A DNA stretch of 64,000 bases, taken from Alphaproteobacteria bacterium (lineage in GTDB: Bacteria > Pseudomonadota > Alphaproteobacteria > UBA7887). Both the position numbers and the translations under genes were made by a program. The notes beneath the pieces were generated by a model. That model worked only from the letters and a program-made list of their open reading frames with translations. It ran no database searches and was not told where the DNA came from. The stretch is from assembly GCA_965200095.1 (NCBI GenBank), contig OZ241350.1, positions 1,334,853 through 1,398,852 of the forward strand, given 5' to 3'. Below, piece after piece: positions 8,833-15,423 of the stretch. Numbering within the stretch: the first letter of the stretch is position 1; each line of letters opens with the position of its first letter.

Positions 8833-9156
8833 ATGAGCGAGTCTGCGCTCCGCGCGATATCGGACGCCTGGCATGGGGATGCGGACTTCCGCGCCGCGGT
8901 GGAAGAGAACGCGAAAGCGGCGCTGGCGTCGAAAGGGCTGGAAATCCACGGGTCGACCGAAGTGAGCGTGGTCGTGGACACCGAAGACACGGCGTACTTC
9001 GTGTTCCCGCCGGACCCGAACGAGACTCTGTCCGACATTACGCTCGACGGCGTCTCGGGCGGGACCTCCTCCTGTTGGCAGCACTTCCAGCAGATGCAGC
9101 AGTTGATGAATGAACCCTGCTGGTTTCCCGGAACCGGGCCGACGGATCGGGGTTGA
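8833..9156 (+). CDS. NHLP (nitrile-hydratase-like leader peptide) family RiPP precursor 1; core TSSCWQHFQQMQQLMNEPCWFPGTGPTDRG
   Basis: Leader 'MSESALRAISDAWHGDADFRAAVEENAKAALASKGLEIHGSTEVSVVVDTEDTAYFVFPPDPNETLSDITLDGVSGG' has the NHLP blocks (AWxD..F..., VxVVxxT...y.V.PP.P, LSD..LD.VSGG) and ends in a GG cleavage motif. 107 aa. The ORF-track N-extension (8668) is rejected in favour of the ATG with an SD. Confidence 0.85.
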   Translation: MSESALRAISDAWHGDADFRAAVEENAKAALASKGLEIHGSTEVSVVVDTEDTAYFVFPPDPNETLSDITLDGVSGGTSSCWQHFQQMQQLMNEPCWFPGTGPTDRG

Positions 9157-9380
9157 TGTCGGCGGTCGAGGACACGGGGACACGGGGCGGCGCGCCGTAG
9201 CGTCCGCGGCCCCGGCGAACGGTTCGGTCTTGCCGCGACGCTGCGGGCTCCCTGCGGTCGTTCCCCGGAGCGCCGGCGGACGGCCCGCTCCCGGGGGGCC
9301 GTGTCCGTCGTCGCCATGGGAAGCGCCGGATGCGAACGCTCCGGCTTGCCGGCGGCCCCGCGCCGCGCTATTGTCGCCGC

Positions 9381-9635
9381 ATGACCGTCGCCGATATCCC
9401 GGCCGGTTTCGATACGCTCGCCGCGACCCGCGATCTCGAGGCGGCCGGCGTCGAACGCCGCGCCGGCCTGGCCACGAAGACCGATCTGGACAACCTCGAA
9501 GCGCGGGTGAACACACGCTTCGCGGAACTCGAAGCGCGGATGTTCAAGACCGCCATCTCCATCGTGCTGGCGCAAACCGCGTTGACCGTCGGCTTGATCT
9601 TCGGGTTGCTCAAGCCGTTCGGAGTCGCGCCATGA
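9381..9635 (+). CDS. DUF1640-like tail-anchored coiled-coil protein, paralog A (84 aa, one 11-residue repeat)
   Basis: 'MTVADIPAGFDTLAATRDLEAAG...LATKTDLDNLEARVNTRFAELEARM' plus a C-terminal TM 'ISIVLAQTALTVGLIFGLL'. Fits the 'FDTL..a..L.aAG...LATKaDL..LE' DUF1640 pattern. Putative leaderless promoter (TTGCCG..17..TATTGT) ends about 6 nt before the ATG. Confidence 0.6.
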   Translation: MTVADIPAGFDTLAATRDLEAAGVERRAGLATKTDLDNLEARVNTRFAELEARMFKTAISIVLAQTALTVGLIFGLLKPFGVAP

Positions 9636-9955
9636 ACACGGCGACGTTCGACGCTCATGCGGCCGTCGAGGCGATCGCCGACACCGTGCGCGTCGCCGTG
9701 TCCGAAGGCGTCGCCACGAAGACGGACATCGCCGCCCTTGACGCGAATCGCCGCACTCAAGGCGGACCTCTACCGCGCCTTGTGGATACGGGGCGCCGGC
9801 GTCGTCGCCCGCGCCGGGCTCGACGCCCCGGGGGCCGCGCGCCGTCGGGAGGGCGGGGGTGCGGCGGCGAATTTCACCGGCCCGCCCCCGATCGGGGCAA
9901 TCGCGTTCGCCCCGGCTTGCAGGCGGCCCCGCGCCGCGCTATCGTCGCCGCATGA
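9632..9955 (+). pseudogene. Frameshifted/deleted remnant of a second small DUF1640-like gene (ancestral form ends ...ALKADLYRALRIQGAGLVTVMVGIEFFG)
   Basis: ATG overlaps the paralog A stop (ATGA). Relative to the intact 3' copy at 11144-11282 there is a 2-nt deletion (gacgcgaaGAtcgcc -> gacgcgaatcgcc) and a ~45-nt deletion removing the IEFFG* C-terminus. Confidence 0.4.
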
Positions 9956-10266
9956 CCGTCGCCGACATCCCGGCCGGCTTCGATACGCTCGCCGCAACCC
10001 GCGACCTTGAGGCGGCCGATATCGAACGCCGCCATGCCGAAGCCGTTGTTGCGGTCGTGCGCGCAAGCCGCGCCGGCCTGGCCACGAAGGCCGACCTCGA
10101 CAACCTCGAAGCGCGGGTGAACGGACGCTTCGCGGAACTCGAAGGGCGGATGAACACGCGCTTCGCAGAACTCGAAGCGCGGATGCTCAAGGCCGCCATC
10201 TCCATCGTGCTGGCGCAAACCGCGTTGACCTTCGGGTTGCTCAAATTGCTCGGAGTCGCGCCATGA
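9952..10266 (+). CDS. DUF1640-like tail-anchored coiled-coil protein, paralog B (104 aa, two 11-residue repeats)
   Basis: Same N-terminus and upstream 40 nt as paralogs A and C. Repeats 'EARVNGRFAEL EGRMNTRFAEL' then a TM. Confidence 0.6.
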   Translation: MTVADIPAGFDTLAATRDLEAADIERRHAEAVVAVVRASRAGLATKADLDNLEARVNGRFAELEGRMNTRFAELEARMLKAAISIVLAQTALTFGLLKLLGVAP

Positions 10267-10324
10267 GCACGGCGACCTTCGACACTCATGCGGCCCTCGG
10301 GGCGCTCACCCGCCCGGCGTCGCC

Positions 10325-11140
10325 GCGAAGGAGCGTGTGAAGAAATTGGATGCCTCTCACAAATAACGGTGGAGACGCCGACAATACTTCGTCATTCCCG
10401 CGAAAGAGCGTGTGAAGAAATCGAACAGCGTTACAAGTACTCGTCATTCCCGCGAAAGCGGGAATCTCTTTGCGGCGTTTCCGTAAGAAAAACCGGGCCG
10501 ACATTGCGGGCGGGCGCCTCCGGATTCCCGCTTTCGCGGGAATGACGAAGTATTATTCGATGAGTATTGTCTTTTACGGCGCCGATACTTCGGAGAACCG
10601 GCCGTCACAATGAGAGCCGCCCGATTTCTTCACACGCTCGAAAGCGGGAATCTATCGCGGCGTTTCCGCAAGGAAAACCGGGTCGGTATAGCGGACGGTC
10701 ACCCCCGGATTCCCGCTTTCGAGTGTGTGAAGAAATCGAACAGCGTTACAGGTACTTGTCATTCCCGCGAAAGCGGGAATCTCTTTGCGGCGTTTCCGTA
10801 AGAAAAACCGGGCCGACATTGCGGACGACCGCCTCCGGATTCCCGCTTTCGCGGGAATGACGAAGTATTATTCGAATGACGAAGTATTATTCGGTGGATA
10901 TTGTCTTTTACGGCGCCGATACCTCGGCGATCCGGCCGTCACGATGACAGCCGCCCGGTTTCTTCACACGCTCGAAAGCGGGAATCCGGGGGCGGTCGTC
11001 CACAATATCGGCGCGGTTATTCTTACGGAAACGCCGTAATGACGAAGTATTATTCGATGGGTATTGTCTTTTACAATGCCGATACCTCGGCGATCCGTCC
11101 GTCACGATGACAGCCGCCCGGTTTCTTCACACGCTCGAAG
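10325..11140. repeat. Array of REP-like palindromic units (core ATTCCCGCGAAAGCGGGAAT flanked by GACGAAGTA / TACTTCGTC) with spacer modules
   Basis: Many copies of 'tcgtcattcccgcgaaagcgggaatc' and its inverse 'ggattcccgctttcgcgggaatgacga' occur at irregular spacing. The ORFs predicted inside are translations of the repeats. Confidence 0.75.
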
Positions 11141-11403
11141 GCGGGCCTTGCCGCCCTGCGCGCCGACATCGCCGCCCTTGACGCGAAGATCGCCGCACTC
11201 AAGGCCGACCTCTACCGCGCCTTGCGGATACAGGGCGCCGGTCTCGTCACCGTCATGGTGGGGATCGAGTTCTTCGGATAGCCCGGCGTCGCAGCCCGCG
11301 CCGGGCTCGACGCCCCGGGGGCCGCGCGCCGTCGGGAGGACGGGGGCGCGGCGGCGAATTTCACGAACCCGCCGCTGACCGGGACAATCGCGTTCGCCAC
11401 GGC

Positions 11404-12803
11404 TGTCGAGAACAATCGGAATTGACCGGTTTAGGTACCAAACGAGTTGACCGCTTCGGTTTGGCCCGTGTTCCGGCTTCCGAGCCGGCGGCCGCCGGCT
11501 CGGAAGCCGGAACACGGGCTGGCCGCGTCGAAGCGGGTTACGCGGCTTCCTCCCTCTCGCCTTCGATGAGCCTTCCTTCCCTGTCGTAATCCGCCAGCCG
11601 GCGCGGGCCGGCGAAGACCGCCAGACCGCCATCGGGATACTCGTGCACCCGGACCCGGCTCTTCACATAGTGGCGCCGATGCATGTCCGGCGGGATCGAA
11701 AGCGTCAGACGCTTGTAGCGCACCGTGTTGTCGTTCCCCACAACCCGGTCCTCCTGCACGCACAAGATGTCCGCAAGCGCCCCCGCGCCCGCCCACGGCA
11801 CGAACGCCGAACCCTCGCCTTCCGCCGGAACCGCAAACCGCGCGTTGTGCGAAGGCACAAACGCATCCCGCAGAAAGCGGTTCGCCGACACCATATCCTC
11901 GACCCCGGCAAGGCGCAGTTCCTGAGGCAAACGCTGTTGCAGCGTCCCGAACATGCGCTCCGACCGGCCCCGCGCTTGCGGCGTGTAGGCCGCGATCAAA
12001 TCGATGCCCAGATGCGCAAGCGCCCGACCGACCTGCGTCGGCTTCTCCTTGTCCACCTTCCCCCCGGCCTCCGGCGTGCGCCAGTAGTGGCTCCCGCGAT
12101 CCGCATAGAGCGAGCAGAACAGGCCATGCGCCTCAATCACCTCGCGCAAAGCCGAAAAACTGCTCATCGTCCCCTCCTCGGACACGAAAAACGCCGAGTA
12201 AATCTCGCTCGTCGCATCGTCCATCGTCACAATCAGGTCCCACCAACGCCCCGAAACCCACTCATGCCGCGACCCATCCCGGTGCAGCATCATCCCGGGC
12301 AACGCACGACGCGCGCGCTTGCGACGATGCGCCCCGCGACGCGGGGCCGCGCGAACCCGGCCATGCGCCTGCAGCGTCAGACGAACCCAGTTGTAACTCC
12401 GACGCACGCCGTGCTCCGACACCAGCTTCTCGTGGAAGTGCTTCGACGTGAAATCCCAGTAGCGCGTGTCGAACAAATCAAGCACACGCGCAACCTCGTC
12501 AACCGCAGCGCGACGCGACGACACACGACCGAGACGGCGGTCGTAAAGCCCCTCCGCTCCCTCCGCCTCATACCGGTCACGCCAGCGCCGGAACGTCCGC
12601 TCGCTGATGCCCAGAACCTCCGCAGCCTCCAGCTGGCTCAACGCGCCGCCGCGCGTTCGTCCGTAAACCTCCTCAAACCTCATAAGGCGTAGTCCCCGAT
12701 CCTGCTCCGTCCGACCCATCCCCCAGCCCTCCACAGAACAAAAGGGGCATGATCCGGACAGAACGCCTGGTACCTACACCGGACAAATCACATGTTAGCG
12801 ACA
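11404..12803 (-). mobile_element. IS481-family-like insertion sequence, copy 1 (1400 bp), flanked by a 6-bp direct repeat CACGGC
   Basis: Imperfect terminal IRs cTGTCGagAACA ... TGTTagCGACA start with TGT. Target duplications CACGGC at 11398-11403 and 12804-12809. Carries a 398-aa HTH + rve (DDE) transposase. Confidence 0.7.
11538..12734 (-). CDS. DDE transposase (HTH + integrase-core, IS481-like)
   Basis: N-terminal HTH 'LSQLEAAEVLGISERTFRRWRDRYEAEGAEGL'. 398 aa, identical to the copy at 13522..14718. Confidence 0.7.
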   Translation of the reverse strand: MEGWGMGRTEQDRGLRLMRFEEVYGRTRGGALSQLEAAEVLGISERTFRRWRDRYEAEGAEGLYDRRLGRVSSRRAAVDEVARVLDLFDTRYWDFTSKHFHEKLVSEHGVRRSYNWVRLTLQAHGRVRAAPRRGAHRRKRARRALPGMMLHRDGSRHEWVSGRWWDLIVTMDDATSEIYSAFFVSEEGTMSSFSALREVIEAHGLFCSLYADRGSHYWRTPEAGGKVDKEKPTQVGRALAHLGIDLIAAYTPQARGRSERMFGTLQQRLPQELRLAGVEDMVSANRFLRDAFVPSHNARFAVPAEGEGSAFVPWAGAGALADILCVQEDRVVGNDNTVRYKRLTLSIPPDMHRRHYVKSRVRVHEYPDGGLAVFAGPRRLADYDREGRLIEGEREEAA

Positions 12804-12844
12804 CACGGCTTGCAGGCGGCCCCGCGCCGGGTTATCGTCGCCGC

Positions 12845-13303
12845 ATGACTGTCGCCGACATCCCGGCCGGCTTCGATACGCTCGCCGCAACCCGCGATCT
12901 CGAAGCGGCCGGTATCGAACGCCGCCACGCCGAAGCCGTCGTCGCGGTCGTGCGCGCCAGCCGCGCCGGCCTGGCCACGAAGGCCGATCTCGACAACCTC
13001 GAAGCGCGGATGGGCGGACGTTTCGCAGAACTCCAGGCGCAGATGGACGGGCGCTTCGCAGAACTCCAGGCGCAGATGGACGGGCGCCTCGCGGAATTCG
13101 AAGCGCGGGTGAACGGGCGTTTCGCGGAATCCGATGAGCGGGTGAACGGGCGCTTCGCGGAATCCGATGAGCGGGTGAACGGGCGCTTCGCGGAACTCGA
13201 AGCGCGGATGCTCAAGGTCGCCATCTCCATCGTGCTGGCGCAGACCGCGTTGACCGTCGGCCTGACCTTCGGGTTGCTCAAGCTGTTCGGAGGCGCGCCA
13301 TGA
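12845..13303 (+). CDS. DUF1640-like tail-anchored coiled-coil protein, paralog C (152 aa, six 11-residue repeats)
   Basis: '...EARMGGRFAEL QAQMDGRFAEL QAQMDGRLAEF EARVNGRFAES DERVNGRFAES DERVNGRFAEL' then a TM. Lies between the two direct IS copies. Confidence 0.6.
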   Translation: MTVADIPAGFDTLAATRDLEAAGIERRHAEAVVAVVRASRAGLATKADLDNLEARMGGRFAELQAQMDGRFAELQAQMDGRLAEFEARVNGRFAESDERVNGRFAESDERVNGRFAELEARMLKVAISIVLAQTALTVGLTFGLLKLFGGAP

Positions 13304-13387
13304 ACACGGCGACCTTCGACACTCATGCGGCCCTCAGGGCGCTCACCCGCGCCGGCTGAAACCGCGGGTTCGCCTCCGGCAAGCCTC

Positions 13388-14787
13388 TGTCGAGAACAAT
13401 CGGAATTGACCGGTTTAGGTACCAAACGAGTTGACCGCTTCGGTTTGGCCCGTGTTCCGGCTTCCGAGCCGGCGGCCGCCGGCTCGGAAGCCGGAACACG
13501 GGCTGGCCGCGTCGAAGCGGGTTACGCGGCTTCCTCCCTCTCGCCTTCGATGAGCCTTCCTTCCCTGTCGTAATCCGCCAGCCGGCGCGGGCCGGCGAAG
13601 ACCGCCAGACCGCCATCGGGATACTCGTGCACCCGGACCCGGCTCTTCACATAGTGGCGCCGATGCATGTCCGGCGGGATCGAAAGCGTCAGACGCTTGT
13701 AGCGCACCGTGTTGTCGTTCCCCACAACCCGGTCCTCCTGCACGCACAAGATGTCCGCAAGCGCCCCCGCGCCCGCCCACGGCACGAACGCCGAACCCTC
13801 GCCTTCCGCCGGAACCGCAAACCGCGCGTTGTGCGAAGGCACAAACGCATCCCGCAGAAAGCGGTTCGCCGACACCATATCCTCGACCCCGGCAAGGCGC
13901 AGTTCCTGAGGCAAACGCTGTTGCAGCGTCCCGAACATGCGCTCCGACCGGCCCCGCGCTTGCGGCGTGTAGGCCGCGATCAAATCGATGCCCAGATGCG
14001 CAAGCGCCCGACCGACCTGCGTCGGCTTCTCCTTGTCCACCTTCCCCCCGGCCTCCGGCGTGCGCCAGTAGTGGCTCCCGCGATCCGCATAGAGCGAGCA
14101 GAACAGGCCATGCGCCTCAATCACCTCGCGCAAAGCCGAAAAACTGCTCATCGTCCCCTCCTCGGACACGAAAAACGCCGAGTAAATCTCGCTCGTCGCA
14201 TCGTCCATCGTCACAATCAGGTCCCACCAACGCCCCGAAACCCACTCATGCCGCGACCCATCCCGGTGCAGCATCATCCCGGGCAACGCACGACGCGCGC
14301 GCTTGCGACGATGCGCCCCGCGACGCGGGGCCGCGCGAACCCGGCCATGCGCCTGCAGCGTCAGACGAACCCAGTTGTAACTCCGACCCACGCCGTGCTC
14401 CGACACCAGCTTCTCGTGGAAGTGCTTCGACGTGAAATCCCAGTAGCGCGTGTCGAACAAATCAAGCACACGCGCAACCTCGTCAACCGCAGCGCGACGC
14501 GACGACACACGACCGAGACGGCGGTCGTAAAGCCCCTCCGCTCCCTCCGCCTCATACCGGTCACGCCAGCGCCGGAACGTCCGCTCGCTGATGCCCAGAA
14601 CCTCCGCAGCCTCCAGCTGGCTCAACGCGCCGCCGCGCGTTCGTCCGTAAACCTCCTCAAACCTCATAAGGCGTAGTCCCCGATCCTGCTCCGTCCGACC
14701 CATCCCCCAGCCCTCCACAGAACAAAAGGGGCATGATCCGGACAGAACGCCTGGTACCTACACCGGACAAATCACATGTTAGCGACA
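13388..14787 (-). mobile_element. IS481-family-like insertion sequence, copy 2 (100% identical to copy 1), flanked by a-GCCTC / c-GCCTC
   Basis: The 1984-bp offset from copy 1 is conserved throughout, with identical ends. 5/6-bp direct repeat; the surrounding target shows a GCCTCCGGCAA tandem duplication. Confidence 0.7.
13522..14718 (-). CDS. DDE transposase (IS481-like), copy 2
   Basis: Differs at one residue (G vs R) from the ORF at 11538..12734. Confidence 0.7.
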   Translation of the reverse strand: MEGWGMGRTEQDRGLRLMRFEEVYGRTRGGALSQLEAAEVLGISERTFRRWRDRYEAEGAEGLYDRRLGRVSSRRAAVDEVARVLDLFDTRYWDFTSKHFHEKLVSEHGVGRSYNWVRLTLQAHGRVRAAPRRGAHRRKRARRALPGMMLHRDGSRHEWVSGRWWDLIVTMDDATSEIYSAFFVSEEGTMSSFSALREVIEAHGLFCSLYADRGSHYWRTPEAGGKVDKEKPTQVGRALAHLGIDLIAAYTPQARGRSERMFGTLQQRLPQELRLAGVEDMVSANRFLRDAFVPSHNARFAVPAEGEGSAFVPWAGAGALADILCVQEDRVVGNDNTVRYKRLTLSIPPDMHRRHYVKSRVRVHEYPDGGLAVFAGPRRLADYDREGRLIEGEREEAA

Positions 14788-14804
14788 CGCCTCCGGCAAG
14801 CCTC

Positions 14805-14833
14805 TTGACTTTCGGCGCCCGCTTTGCTATAAG
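14805..14833 (+). promoter_or_regulatory. Sigma70-type promoter for NHLP precursor 2: -35 TTGACT, 17-nt spacer, -10 TATAAG
   Basis: TTGACT at 14805-14810 and TATAAG at 14828-14833, 18 bp beyond the IS copy 2 end. The 5' UTR has the hairpin GGGGATGCAGCATCCCC (14846-14862) and an SD GAGGAGG (14876-14882). Confidence 0.6.
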
Positions 14834-14890
14834 CCCTCTCGTATCGGGGATGCAGCATCCCCTGAGGGACAAAGTGAGGAGGATGGCGTC

Positions 14891-15214
14891 ATGAACGAGT
14901 CCCCGCTCCACGCGATATCGAACATCTACCATGCGGATGCCGGCTTCCGCGCCGAGGTGGAAGAGGACGCGAAGTCCGCGCTGGCGACGAAGGGGCTGGA
15001 AATCCACGGACCGGCCGAGGTGAGCGTGGCCGTGGACACCGAAGACACGGTGCATGTGGTGTTCCCGCCGGACCCGAACATGGCGCTCCCCGACGGCGCG
15101 CTGGACGCCGTCTCGGGCGGCTGGGGGGGGTACCCCAACGGCTACACCTACAACGGCAACTACTACTCGACCCGCCAGCTCTCCGCCGGCGGCATGTACG
15201 ACTCTTCGCGCTAA
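14891..15214 (+). CDS. NHLP-family RiPP precursor 2; core WGGYPNGYTYNGNYYSTRQLSAGGMYDSSR
   Basis: Leader 'MNESPLHAISNIYHADAGFRAEVEEDAKSALATKGLEIHGPAEVSVAVDTEDTVHVVFPPDPNMALPDGALDAVSGG' is about 60% identical to the precursor 1 leader. The core is completely different. 107 aa. Confidence 0.85.
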   Translation: MNESPLHAISNIYHADAGFRAEVEEDAKSALATKGLEIHGPAEVSVAVDTEDTVHVVFPPDPNMALPDGALDAVSGGWGGYPNGYTYNGNYYSTRQLSAGGMYDSSR

Positions 15215-15233
15215 CCGACTGCGCGAGAGATGA

Positions 15234-15266
15234 GGCGGCGCGCCCGGGGCGCGCCGCCTTTTCGTT
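15234..15266 (+). terminator. Rho-independent terminator after precursor 2 (GGCGGCGCGCC-cgg-GGCGCGCCGCC + TTTTCGTT)
   Basis: Perfect 11-bp GC stem followed by a T-run, 20 nt after the stop codon. Confidence 0.7.
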
Positions 15267-15423
15267 GTCTGCGGCGCCGCGCGCCGTTTCCTTGCGGGCC
15301 TGTCGCGGTGTTCGCCGCTCCCGATCCGCGAATGGCGGGACGCGCGCCGGAGACCGTTCCCCGCGCCGCTCTCCCGCGATGCTAACCGGCAGCGCGCGCG
15401 ACCGCGGCGTCGTCGAGCGTCCG

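Noticed and set aside
10288-11110. Small ORFs inside REP arrays (10288..10545, 10567..10860, 10785..11039 and others; likewise 18597..19214, 27049..27742, 31071..32502)
   Set aside because: They are translations of the palindromic repeat units (recurring 'SFPRKRESLCGVSVRKTGPTLR' peptides in several frames and strands). No independent coding signal.
10325-11140. CRISPR array
   Set aside because: The repeat units are palindromic, alternate in orientation, are irregularly spaced and share recurring 'spacers'. There is no cas gene nearby.
15265-15423. Upstream alternative starts for the cyclodehydratase (TTG 15265, ATG 15379)
   Set aside because: The TTG lies inside the terminator hairpin. The first ~53 codons are Arg-rich and have no counterpart in PatD/TruD, while the ATG at 15424 reproduces the PatD N-terminus.
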